Source of the DNA: Eledone cirrhosa
Lineage: Eukaryota
DNA length: 64,000 bases
Direction: 5' to 3'
NCBI GenBank assembly: GCA_964016885.1
Contig: OZ024751.1
Coordinates: 15,252,001 to 15,316,000, forward strand
Each line of letters begins with the position of its first letter. The stretch's first letter is position 1. Position numbers and translations under genes: made by a program. The notes below the pieces were generated by a model. The model was not told where the DNA came from. It searched no databases and worked only from the letters and a program-made list of their open reading frames with translations. Shown here piece by piece: positions 52,154 through 64,000 of this stretch.

Positions 52154-54268
52154 GGGAGAAAGACAGTCTCCCCCATATCGACCCAATAGAGGGACCAGCA
52201 GTGTTAGTCGAGGGGAGTATAATAAGTAAGGCAATCAAGGATATGAAGACGGGTAAGGCGGCTGGGCCTTCGAAAATAGTTGCTGAGATGCTGAAGGCAT
52301 CTGGCACGGTGGGACACACCATGGTCACCCGCATAGTTAACCAAGTCGTACAGAATGGGGTTGTTCCGAAGGACTGGCATAGCAGCATCATCGTTAACTG
52401 TTATAAGGGTAAAGGAGACGCCCTAGATAGGAGTAACTATAGAGGCATTAAATTAATCGACCAGGTCATGAAGGTCACGGAAAAAGTAATAGCGCAACTA
52501 ATCAGAGAGAGAATTGACCTAGATGAAATGCAGTTCGGGTTTGTGTCAGGCAAAAGTACCACAAACGCTCTTTTCATAGTACGACAACTACAGGAGAAGT
52601 ACCTAGCTAAAGGTAAACCCCTCTACTTAGCTTTTGTCAACTTGGAGAAAGCCTTCGACAGAGTCCCCCGCTCCATTATCTGGTGGGCTCTTAGAAAACT
52701 AGGCGTTGACGAATGGCTTGTGAGGGCTATACAAGCCATGTATAAAGAAACAGTCAGCAAGGTTAGAATTAACAACGAATATAGTGAAGAGTTTAGCGTA
52801 AAAGTTGGCGTCCATCAGGGCTCTGTTCTCAGCCCCCTACTATTTATTATTGCCCTTCAGGCTATAACAGAGGAGTTCAAGACAGGCTGCCCATGGGAAC
52901 TCCTATACGCAGATGACCTGACACTCATAGTGGAATCAATGGCCGAGCTAGAGAAGAAATTCCAAACATGGAAGCACGGCCTAGAGTCAAAAGGACTTAA
53001 AATTAACCTGGCTAAGACCAAAGTTCTAGTTTGTAGGAAAGAAAACAAGGTGGCGGTCCCTTCTGGGAAATGGTCGTGCTCGGTGTGTAGGAAAGGCGTA
53101 GGTAGAAACTCCATTTTATGTCCTAAATGCAAAGTATGGGTGCATAAAAGATGTAGTGGGATCACAGGTAAGCTAACTAAGAACATAGATTTTACATGTG
53201 GCCGGTGTTCTGGTGCAATAAGTAGCAGCAAGTGCCCACAAAATACTAGCTCTTTCAATTGCGCAGAGGGTTCTATAGAAATAGTGGACAGCTTCCGTTA
53301 CCTGGGCGATAAAATCAGCAGTGGGGGAGGGTGCTCTGAAAGTACTGTAGCTAGAGTCAGAACTGGTTGGAAAAAGTTCAGAGAGCTTATACCACTATTA
53401 GCTGCTAAAGGGTTCTCCCTAAAAATGAAAGGCAGGTTGTACGATGCCTGCATACGAACAGCAATGCTGCATGGCAGTGAGACCTGGGCATTGTGTGCAG
53501 AGGATATACGCAGACTAGAGAGGAACGAAGCTTGCATGCTCCGCTGGATGTGTAACAGTAATATACGTGAACGGCAAAGCATAAACGAACTAAGGAAAAA
53601 ATTAGAGATAAGAGGGATCAGATGTTGTTTACTCGAGAGAAGGCTACGTTGGTATGGACATGTGATGCGCATGAAAGTCGATAGCTGTATAACAAAGTGC
53701 AGGGCAATAAAGATAGACGGTAGTCACGGAATAGGCAGACCTAGAAAAACCTGGGACGAGCTGATAAACTCCGACATCACACACTTACACCTCTCCAAGA
53801 CAATGTCACTGGACCGAGACCTTTGGCGGTACTCAGTAACAGAGAAGACCCGCCTTACCTAAATATATAGTAAAACCTGCTCCAACCAGTAGGCATCTCT
53901 AACAAAATACACCCCGTCCCACCACCACCACCCCCACCCCATCCACACCACCCCGTTCTATGTAAAGTTATGTTGGTGCCGCGCCATAGGCCGAAACAAA
54001 TGAGATCGTGTAGGTGTCACGACAAAAAAAAAACACACAGTCCACGCTGTAATGTGGCCGTGTAGGCAACACGGTAAAAACCTCCCAGACCCACACTGTA
54101 AATGTGGTTGGTGTTAGGAAGGGCATCCAACTGTAGAAAACCTGCCAGACAGTCCTATGCGAGCAAGACAATCACTCTTGCCTCAAGTGGGACTACCCCC
54201 GTCCAAACCCATGCAAGCGTGGAACACGGACGTTAAACGTAGATGATGATGATGATGATGATGATGAT
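52150..54268 (+). mobile_element. 5'-truncated RTE-clade LINE in (TA)n
   Basis: Open RT frame, 3' UTR and (GAT)n tail; no endonuclease region. Confidence 0.97.
52201..53862 (+). CDS. RTE reverse transcriptase (N-terminally truncated) with PHD-like C4HC3 finger
   Basis: KAAGP, NYRGI, QFGF, LEKAFD, GVHQGSVLSPLLF, LLYADD, CSVC..CPKC..HKRC..CGRC, YLG, GRPRKTW; 553 aa without stops. Confidence 0.93.
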   Translation: MLVEGSIISKAIKDMKTGKAAGPSKIVAEMLKASGTVGHTMVTRIVNQVVQNGVVPKDWHSSIIVNCYKGKGDALDRSNYRGIKLIDQVMKVTEKVIAQLIRERIDLDEMQFGFVSGKSTTNALFIVRQLQEKYLAKGKPLYLAFVNLEKAFDRVPRSIIWWALRKLGVDEWLVRAIQAMYKETVSKVRINNEYSEEFSVKVGVHQGSVLSPLLFIIALQAITEEFKTGCPWELLYADDLTLIVESMAELEKKFQTWKHGLESKGLKINLAKTKVLVCRKENKVAVPSGKWSCSVCRKGVGRNSILCPKCKVWVHKRCSGITGKLTKNIDFTCGRCSGAISSSKCPQNTSSFNCAEGSIEIVDSFRYLGDKISSGGGCSESTVARVRTGWKKFRELIPLLAAKGFSLKMKGRLYDACIRTAMLHGSETWALCAEDIRRLERNEACMLRWMCNSNIRERQSINELRKKLEIRGIRCCLLERRLRWYGHVMRMKVDSCITKCRAIKIDGSHGIGRPRKTWDELINSDITHLHLSKTMSLDRDLWRYSVTEKTRLT

Positions 54269-54365
54269 ATATATTTATGTAAAAGGTAACCAGAAATAAC
54301 AACACAATCGGTACAGTATATGGAAGGTATATATTAGGTTAACGCTTGATATAGCAGGAAGCGGG

Positions 54366-54401
54366 TCTTAATGTTTCGGACGCTAGTCCTTCATCAGAAG
54401 A
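54366..54401 (-). ncRNA. minimal hammerhead-like motif in element ~54272-54550
   Basis: TCTT-CTGATGA-A-GGAC(TAGC)GTCC-GAAA-CATT-AAGA; extra A after core, rudimentary stem III. Confidence 0.65.
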
Positions 54402-54755
54402 AAGAATGAGAAATAAGATAAATTGAGGGGACGGGCGGGTTGGAATTGGAAAAATGTCTTTAGATAAAAATAACAGGTCCATTCATGTTGACATCTCTTG
54501 CAAAACTGTTGATGTTGTTGTTTTGTGTATGATTTATGTTTTAGAAAAGTATATAATCATCATCATTGTTTAACATCCATTCTTCTATGCTAGCATGGAA
54601 GAATGGACATAAAATGGTGATGATAAACGTTGATTGCCAAATAAATTAACTATGGAGATATAAAAAATACAGAAGCGAAAACCAACCAAACAGTGAGTGT
54701 GTTCTGTTAGTATTTCTGGCAATATTATTACAACAATATGACTCTCCTCAAGTAT

Positions 54756-54829
<74 letters not shown>

Positions 54830-55018
54830 CTTCAAGCAAACTTTAACACCCTCATATATATATATATATATATTTTGAGTTTATGTTGGTTGTATACCAA
54901 CACCTCAGTATGCAGGCTGGAGCACTCGACGAAGTGCGCAGGTTGGTTTGGTTACTCCGGAGTAGTGTAAAATAAAGTTAAATAAAAGTCAAATGATTAA
55001 AATTTAGCTTCGTTTATT

Positions 55019-55073
55019 ACTGCTATATATATTTCAGTGACAGCCATCTTTGGCTGTGACCTCTTCAGGCAGT
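55019..55073 (-). ncRNA. minimal type I hammerhead ribozyme
   Basis: ACTGC-CTGAAGA-GGTCACAGCCA(AAGA)TGGCTGTCACT-GAAA-TATATAT-A-GCAGT. Confidence 0.88.
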
Positions 55074-55295
55074 TTGAATTAGTATGGTATAGACAAGTAC
55101 ATATGTTGTTTAGGTGTATGATATTGTCAATACTCTGATATGCCCAGTTCCTTGTTGGGTTGTTAATTCACTGGGGAACTATGACTCCAGTTCCCCAGTG
55201 AATTAACAACCCAACAAGGAACTGGGCATATCAGAGTATTGACAATATCATACACCTAAACAACATATGTACTTGTCTATACCATACTAATTCAA

Positions 55296-55350
55296 ACTGC
55301 CTGAAGAGGTCACAGCCAAAGATGGCTGTCACTGAAATATATATAGCAGT
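55296..55350 (+). ncRNA. minimal type I hammerhead ribozyme (inverted copy)
   Basis: Same sequence as 55019-55073 on the opposite strand. Confidence 0.88.
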
Positions 55351-55394
55351 AATAAACGAAGCTAAATTTTAATCATTTGACTTTTATTTAACTT

Positions 55395-55432
<38 letters not shown>

Positions 55433-55602
55433 GGTAACAAGTTTTTGTTATAGGTAATCCAGTTAGAGGTTGTGAATACTCCATATTGTGGATAGTTTTA
55501 GCATACAACGTTGACTCAACAAGAGGTTTCCTTAGGTAGCGAGTATATAAGTTCTCGGGAGTCCCTATGTAAGTTAATCTTGGAGTAATAATAGGGAAAG
55601 GG

Positions 55603-55638
55603 TCTCAATGTTTCAGACACTAGTTCTTCATCAGAAGA
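55603..55638 (-). ncRNA. degenerate hammerhead-like motif, same family as 54366
   Basis: TCTT-CTGATGA-AGAACTAGTGTCT-GAAA-CATT-GAGA in TA-flanked element 55431-55658. Confidence 0.55.
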
Positions 55639-55719
55639 TAGAATAAGAAATAAAAGATATATGTATATATATATTTGTGTGTGTGTGTGAGTGTGTACAT
55701 ATGTATATGTATATATATG

Positions 55720-55754
<35 letters not shown>

Positions 55755-56761
55755 GTATGTGTGTGTATATATATATATATATATCATCATCATCATCATC
55801 ATCATCATCACTTTACGTCCGCATATATATATGTATATGTATGTATATGTATATATATGTATGTACGTGTATATATATGTATATGTATATATATGTGTAT
55901 GTATGTGTATATATATGTATATTTATATGTATGTGTATTTATATGTGTATATATGTATATATATATATATCTATGTGTATATATATATGTGTGTGTGTGT
56001 GTATATATATATACATATATACACATATATCTAACCCATGCTAGCGTGGAAAGTGGACGTTAAACGAGGATGATGATGATGATGATGATATGTACTCCAC
56101 TTGATTGAATCAAGGAAAATGCTTACTCAGGGAGAAATACGTTAGGGGGCCCTTGAATTACAGGTGCAACTAGTTTTTATCAGTTGAGTGAACTGGAGTA
56201 ACGTGAAATAAAGCGTCTTGCTGAAGGGCACAACTTAGAATCATTAGCTGAACACCTTAACCACTAAGTCAGATGCCTGCCCCCCTCCCCTCTCTCCACA
56301 CACACAGATAGACACACACTCACACACACACAACTCACAAGTATGTGTATACTTGGAAGATAAAGTATAAAGAATATATCATTATAAAGCTACTTCTCTT
56401 GAAACACATTAAACCATTTACTACATAAAACTTCCTCAACATAAACAGATCATAAAGCATTGTCTTCACACTTTCTTTTATATTTAGTATGTTTCCGTGG
56501 AATTCCATTAAATCTTTCACACAATTCGGTAGTTAATTTATTTTGTTTTCCTAATAGGTCTGTTTGCTATTGTCATGTAGAATCTTGAATATTGATGTGT
56601 CACTGAGTGGCCTGCAGTGGCACAATAAAGTGCCACCAACAGTGCCTAATGAGGCTACAAGATGGTTAGATTGACAATACTATCCTAATGGGACAAAATG
56701 GAACATTTGAATGCGAAGATAAATATTGAACTTCGAATGGCACAGATTGAAATATATCACG

Positions 56762-57020
56762 GGTGTTGGTGGTAGTGGTGGTGTTGGTAGTGGTGGTGGT
56801 AGTGGTAGTGGTGTCTGGTGATGGTGGTAGTGGTGGTAGTGGTAATAGTAGTGGTGTTGGTGGTAGTGGTAGTGGTGTCTGCTGATTGTGGTAGTGGTAG
56901 CAGTAGTGGTGGTAATGGTGGTAGTAGTGTTGGTTGTAGTGGTAATAGTGGTGGAGGTGGTGTTGATGGTGGTGATGTTGATGATGGTGGTGGTAGTAGT
57001 AGTAGTGGTTGTGGTAACAG
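56762..57020. repeat. (GGT)/(AGT)-rich low-complexity tract
   Basis: Direct inspection. Confidence 0.9.
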
Positions 57021-58884
57021 TAGGAGGGGTGACAGTTAACTTCTTAACATGTTTAGAATTATGCCTATTTTTATTAGGCAATTTTTACTCCTTGTGTGAG
57101 CTTTTATTCTTTATTGCCTAACCAGGGAGAGAATGACAGTGCCCTTGAGATTTTTCATGACCTCCAGTACTGTTGGGGTTGAGGAATGGAGGGAGGTAGA
57201 TAGGAAAGTGTCCTCACACTTGGTCTGAATCTTACAACAAAGTGGATTCTTCTAATGACACTCAAGTGTCAGCTGGTTGTGTTAATCTTGGCAATGAATT
57301 AAATCTACCACCCAAGTAGGCCACAGTGAGATTTGAATTCAGAACACAAATAACCAGAACAAACACTGAAAGGTGTCTCATCCCAAAACTCTTTAACATT
57401 TCCATCATTTAACTGGTCTGGACTAGTCTTTTTATTTGATCAACCTTGGAAGGATGAAAGGCAAAGTTGACCTCAGTGTGATTTGATCTGAGAGTGCAGA
57501 GAGTTGGAACAAATGTCACAGGGTATTTTGTCCTTATGCTTTAACTACTCTACCAGTTGAACTCCTGATGTATTTAAAAATCAATTATCACACTAATGTA
57601 CACCACCCTGACTACCTTGATAATTGCTGTTGGATATGATAAACTTGGACAATTGATCAACTTAGGCAGTTTATTTTTGCTTGTAGCAATGTATACACAA
57701 TTGGTTCATTAAATTTGATAATCCATTTGACAAATAGGAAAAACAAAACAACAAAAAGACCAACAAACAAACAAATGGAAACAAAACTGAAATTATATGA
57801 GAGGGATTGTTGGTGGGTGGAAAGGTTTCTTTTTTCTTTTTTTGCTCTTGAAGTTATGTATCGCATGCAACAACCCCCAGAATACCAAGGTTTGGGGTTG
57901 TTGAGAATTTAGAAGGATGGACTTGTTAGATCCCTCCTCTCTCTCTTTCTCATTATTAAATCATTCTGGCGTACAATGACTTTAGAGTTCTCATTTGCAA
58001 TTAAACAACCGACAGCTAAATAGTGTATTATTATACTGCTGGAGGCTATTTAATCATCGATAAGATTAGTTTTAATTTTATCTGTTTTGTTTACTGTTTT
58101 TTTTTTGTTTTGTTTTTATTTCTTTTACTTTTGAGCTACTCTTTTACTAGTTTCAGTCATTAGACTGTGGCCATGCTGGGGCTCTGCCTTAAACAGATTT
58201 AATTGATCATATCAAACCTAGTACTAATTGTTTTCAAGTCTAGTACTAATTTTATCAAACACTTTTAGTCAAACCGCTAGGTTATGGGACTTAAACATAA
58301 GCACAGACATGGACACACAGACACACACACACATATACGACAGGCTTCTGCAGTTTCCATCTACCAATCTATCAAATTCTACTGACAAGGTACTGGTCAA
58401 GCCAAGACTATAGTAGAAAACACTTGCCCAAATTGCCACGAAGTGAGAGTGAACTCTGAACCATGTGAATGTGAAGCAAAGTTCTTAACCACACAACCAT
58501 GCCTGCACATAGTCATATTTTGTTATTGTTTATTTATGTTGTTACATTTCTGAGTTTCCTATTAGTGACCTTGCTGGTACTTTTAACCATGCACACACAC
58601 ACCCACACACAAAGATGATACTATATTTCAATCCTCATTAACCTGTAAACCTTGATCCTTTACCATGTGGATGTTCCACAACCCTGGGTGTCCTGGGTGT
58701 ACATATGAGAATCATTGAGAAAAATGATACTCATCAATTAAACCTGGAAAAAAAACATAATGAATATATGAATTTCACCAAAATTACAGCAATGCCTCCC
58801 TGAGCAACTCAGGTTTAAACAATGATGTAAAATGATCACTAATTGATTCAGAAGATGATGTGACCAACAGTAGTGAACAGAAGT

Positions 58885-59100
58885 ACATATGTTACTGTTA
58901 ACATCTTTTGTGAGTTTAGCCAGCATCATATGTTACTACTAACACCTTTTGTAGGTTTAGCTGGTCTCTTATGTGGTTGTATCTCATATGTCACTACTAA
59001 CACCTTTTGTAGGTTTAGCTGGACTTATATGATGTATCTCATATGTTTCTGCTAACACCTTTTCTAAATTTAGCCAGCCTCTTATGATGTTACATCTCAC
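58885..59100 (+). repeat. ~55-58-bp tandem repeat (3-4 units)
   Basis: CATATGT.ACT.CTAACACCTTTTGTAGGTTTAGC recurring. Confidence 0.75.
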
Positions 59101-60779
59101 AAGGTTTCTTGGGTGTTTTAACCCTTTTCATACCAAACTGCCTGAGACTGCCACTGGTTCTACATTACAAAGCTGTTTATTTTAAAGTGTTTATATTTAG
59201 TTTTATAAAAAAAAACATTCCATCATAATGTTATGTAAGAACCCTTGTTAAGTTATATTCAAAACACCAGCTTAATAACAAGAGATTTAGTTATACTACT
59301 AAATCCCAAAATTCAAAGTGTTAACCTTCTATGCATGTGTCCACACACAACCTAGATACCTTATATCAGTCTTTCACTACTTTCATTAAATAAATCCTCA
59401 TAACATTCTTCAATGGGGACATGACAGCCTAGGCTACAACACATAGGAGAACTACAGTATTTCTATGCATTAACATCAAACTAAAACTCTGAAGGTTTGT
59501 TAGAAATACTAAACCTTTCAAATATCTGATCATCTCACAGAGTGACTTTAGACCTGCAACATCTCTGCTAAATCTGCACCTGAAAGACCAGGTTTCTTCA
59601 GACTATATAGGATCAATTACTGACTTTATAACGATCAAGTAAGAACCATGTAGTAAGAGTAGTGCTTACATATCTGGGATGGTACTGCTATTGCATATAT
59701 ATATATATAAACACACACACACACTCTCTTTCTCTCACTCAAACACCTTAAAGTACTGTTCTTGTATGTGGTATAGTACTGCCTGTTACACACACAGATG
59801 CACATGCACTCACACACACACACACACACCTCAAACCACATCCCACACAAAATGTTTTTATCTGATTGGCAACAATTCAAACATCAACACACAACAACCA
59901 CTGGCTCACAGACATGCACTTTTTTCTCTGTGTCTCTTCTAACACTGTTATAACAACAGTATATATTCCTCTAAACTAGCAAGCTACCTATTAGCTCCTT
60001 CTAAGTCCATCCAGTGCATCTGTGTTTCTCTTCCTGTCACCTCTACTGTCTCATGACCTCAAACTTTGTATGGAACACTTTGTTCAACCCTTTCTTTTCA
60101 GACCTTCATCCCTCTAGAAACATTTCTCAGCCCATGTTTTCCCTACTTACATCAACTTACAGAAGTTCAAGTTAACTATCAACCACATTGGACTCATTTG
60201 TCATGACTATTATGAAGTCAGGACCAATGTTCTCTGTAATTTTTCCCAACCACCGAACTGGATACTTGATACGTGGAGCAAATATATTTGAAATTAAAAG
60301 CTACTGCACGGCAACATTCCAAAGCTAGTGAATGGCAACATTTCAAAGCTATAGAGCAGCAACCTTTTTGACCTGTGTAGTAGCACTACAATGACTACAC
60401 ACATGTGCAGCTTAGTGAGAACATTGGGGGTTAGGACTAATACTAAAAGCCAAAGGTTCCTGTCGGTTGACCCTTTTTAGATTTGTTGTTGATATGGCTC
60501 ACACCTGTGTAAGTTTAGCAGGGAGTGGTTGTGGTAGTGGTGGGGGTGGTGTGCTGGTCTAGTATGAGATTGTATCAGGAGATTTCTTTGATGTTTTAAT
60601 GATGACTTACCAGAAATCTGAAGACTTAGTTGTCAATTATGTCAAATAAACTTTATTATTGATTGATATGACATGTTATCACGTATTCCTGTTGATCTTA
60701 CCAAGTGAACTGTTTGTGTTTCAGTTTCCATATTTGTTTTGTTTAGATTGTTTGGAGGCAACTGGTTATGAAGTATTGA

Positions 60780-61145
60780 AGGTAGTGGTGGAGAGACTAG
60801 TGTACTAATCAGTTATTAGTGGATAGATATAGGGAGTATTGGTAGTGATGGTGGTGGTGGGGAGACTAGTATATTCATCTGTTATTAGTTGATAGATATA
60901 GGGAGCATTGGTCGTGGTGGGGGCGACTAGTGTACTAATCAGTTACTATTAGATAGATATAGGAAGTATTGGTGGTGGGGAGACTAGTGTACTAATCAGT
61001 TACTATTAGATAGATGTAAGAAGTATTGGTAGGGAGTAAAGTACTAATCAGTTATTAGTAGAAAGATATAAGAAGTATTTGTGAGGGTAGTGTACTAATC
61101 AGTTACTAGTGGATAGATATAAGAAGTGTTAGTGAGGGTCAGTGT
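60780..61145 (+). repeat. imperfect ~52-75-bp tandem repeat
   Basis: GTACTAATCAGTTA...GATAGATATA.GAAGTATTGGT recurring six times. Confidence 0.8.
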
Positions 61146-62171
61146 AGTAATAATTTTATTTAAGAAACTTAAAATTATGTTTCAACCAGCTAAATAATGA
61201 CAAAGTTAGTTATATTATTAAATCCTTCCAAATTTCTGATTAATTTCAAAATTATTTCAAAACCATAGGCATTCTTTCATTAGAAATACAGTAAATAGTG
61301 TTAACATAACAGGGTGTAAGTAAGTCAACTTTAATCTTGCTCTATTGACCTGGTCTTGTTGTATGACATTAGTAGGTTCTATTTAAGTTACTACTTGGTG
61401 GAAAGCTTGCTATATTTTATTTTTACATTACAATGTAGGATATGACCTTCTTCATTCTGGGTTGTCATATTTATACTGACTAGTTAGTAAATACAATAGC
61501 AGAACCTGGCTTACTGTCAATTGGAAGTAATCCAATACTTTATTAGCGCATATTGGTATTGTTTATGACAAATGTTTGTTTAGGAATAATTCTCATCGAA
61601 TCTGAGAAAGATGTGTCATATATTCCATTATATATAGTCTAATATCTCACTTCCCATGATCTTTATTGGTAAATTACAGATTACAGATAAAGAATGTCTG
61701 TGTCAGGGTCTCAGTATGTGTCTGTGTCAGTATGTGTGTGCATGTCAGTATGTCAGTGTGTGTGAATATGTGTTAATGTGTCAGTGTGTGTGTGTGTCTC
61801 AGTGAATGTTCTTAATAAATTCTGCTCTCTAGCTAGCTGTAATTAGCTGTCACATGGACAGCTACTTCTTACTGGACAACATTAGAAAGAACTTCACATA
61901 GAAACATTTAAAGAATTTAACCTGAAAATCCCCTTTAGAGACATCACTGTTTGACCTAATTACTGAGGAAAGTCTCTTAATATATTAACAGAAATTCTTC
62001 TCATAATCTGTCTAACCTAATAAATATTGGCAAGAGAATGTCCTATATATCCTCCTATAAAATATATAGTTAATTGTGTTGTATACATTATTATGAAAAG
62101 AAACTGCAACATAAACAAGAACAACATTCACAATAAAATAAATCCTGGGCAATGAATATTATCTGTTTTAA

Positions 62172-62372
62172 TCCTTTAGCATTTAAACCAGACATATTCG
62201 GCCTGAATTCTCTCACCTCTTTCTGTTCAAACTGGCCAGAACCAGCTGCTCATACTTATATTAAGGTATTGTTCTCAAAATAAATAATATCAAATTCTCA
62301 TGGATTCGATATTATGTGAGATAAAGCCTTTACCACAAAAATACAATAGTATATATAGTGTAATGTAAATAG
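62172..62372 (-). mobile_element. piggyBac-type MITE, reverse copy
   Basis: TTAA-TCCTTTAGCATTTAAACCAG..., reverse complement of the 19872 family. Confidence 0.8.
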
Positions 62373-63248
62373 GAAATCCATTGTTTAGTATGAATATAGG
62401 GTCTAACTAGAATCTTCCTACTGTTAATTAGAAAATATTTCTTCACCAACCACATACAACAAACAAACTGCTCAATAAAACCAGTGTAAAAGCTATAGTT
62501 GCCTGTCTGCCTGATGATGTGAAGAAAACAGGAAATGTGATATATGTGGATGTCGTCTTCTTTTGAAAGCTGGCTATATTAATCACATGAAATCATACTT
62601 TTATACTCAGAAAAAACAGTTTACTGATACCGATACTTTTTCCATGCCTAAAAAATACTACTTGCGAATTGTGCAGTGAAGTGTGTAAGTCAAAAACTGG
62701 ACTGCAAAGACATATGCACAAGAATGTCATTCAACAGACATAACTAATCCATTCCTTAGAGTTTTGCCTGTCATATTATTGACTGTAGACCAGTCATGAG
62801 CAAACTGCAGTTCATGGGACGTGCTGTCCCACATTTGACTTTCTAAATGGCACGCCTAATGAAAAATTACCTTGAATTATTTTAGTAGTGTTGCTCACCT
62901 TATGATGTGCCATATCTCATGCAGTCCACTGCTCAAAAAGGTTGCTAATGCATGCTCTATACCATGTAAATCATCAGCTGGTCTTAAGAGTCATCTCGGT
63001 GCACATGTACATACAACAGTAAGGTTTAACTGAACAATTAAAAATGAGACAGCTGTCATCTGACAAGATGAAGTAATCATCATCATTATCATGTGTGTGT
63101 GTGTGTGTGTGTGTGTATTCTGATGTGGTCCATACATACTTGACTATTTGCATTAATGTTTTGTGAAGAAACAGCATAAATTTGTGCATATGTTGAATAA
63201 AAAAAACTGGAAGTCTGCAAAGAAAGATAAATAATTTTAACCCTACAA

Positions 63249-63303
<55 letters not shown>

Positions 63304-63423
63304 AAGGTTTTATTTAAAATTGTTGGGTTACAAGTAAATATTTACTACCCAGACAGCTTCCTAATTTAATGGTCGCTTATAATATGGTACGTCAAAATTA
63401 TTTATAAAACTGTTTATATATTG

Positions 63424-63489
63424 TATTTTATCTGACGAAGGCATGCCATATTTTTAATATGGTATCCCTGAAATATGTATAATGAAATA
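63424..63489 (+). ncRNA. minimal type I hammerhead ribozyme in TA-flanked element 63301-63530
   Basis: TATTTTAT-CTGACGA-AGGCATGCCATATT(TTT)AATATGGTATCCCT-GAAA-TATGTAT-A-ATGAAATA; stems III and I resemble 15453-15515 while stem II differs. Confidence 0.87.
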
Positions 63490-63526
63490 AATATGGTTTT
63501 ATAAATATAGTTTCCATTTGGTTAAT

Positions 63527-63576
<50 letters not shown>

Positions 63577-63800
63577 CTTTTAATGACCCCTTTCCCTGCT
63601 AGCAAGATATATGTATTTGTGTATTTATGTATGTGTGCATGTATGTTTTATATGTAGATTTATGTATGTATGTGCATATGCATATATATATATATATTTA
63701 TGTATGTGTGTATGTTTTATATGTAGGTTTATTAATATATGTATGTAAATTAACATGAAATCACATACACATATATGCATGTATATACGTATGCATGCAT

Positions 63801-63851
<51 letters not shown>

Positions 63852-64000
63852 CATGTATGTTTAAATGGGCACGTGTATTTTATCATTGCTGATCAAGTTT
63901 CATGTGAAGCTGAAACTAAAATAACAGACTTGATTAAATATTCACGCTTCAAATTACTCTAAATGACTGCAGAAAGATGTTAACCTAATCTGTAGGTATT

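Larger units (their letters stand above)
54873..55401 (-). mobile_element. Penelope-like fold-back element in (TA)n
   Basis: 213-bp arms 54968-55180 / 55189-55401, 8-nt spacer, unique extension 54873-54967, TA tracts both sides. Confidence 0.88.

Noticed and set aside
56680-57121. Thr/Gly/Val-rich ORFs resembling mucin or cuticle proteins
   Set aside because: Trinucleotide low-complexity tract open in several frames, no splice signals identified
62511-62535. CTGATGATGTGAAGAAAACAGG
   Set aside because: No stem II pairing and no element context; chance match

Overview
AT-rich, microsatellite-dense eukaryotic DNA. The SINE, RTE, Dong/R4 and Tx1 repeat content resembles an octopus (coleoid cephalopod) genome; the taxon is inferred, not verified. 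Almost all ORFs in the supplied track are microsatellite artefacts. The only host-gene signal is a probable first coding exon at 9570-9621 (+, MSDRESDEDQQQQAQNR, AG/GT donor) behind a CpG-richer promoter/5' UTR with two uORFs. The rest looks like upstream intergenic DNA plus one very large intron holding 5'-truncated LINEs, tRNA-derived SINEs, MITEs (piggyBac, hAT, Tc1/mariner) and minisatellites. The main result is a dozen or more short non-coding elements, mostly inserted in (TA)n tracts. Many carry minimal type I hammerhead ribozyme motifs (four look complete: 15453-15515, 55019-55073, 55296-55350, 63424-63489), several have fold-back inverted 5' ends, and many share an ACTC...GAGTRY 3' stem about 45-66 nt from the TA junction. 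They look like Penelope-like/retrozyme-type non-autonomous retroelements. All folds were paired by eye, and repeat-edge coordinates are approximate.
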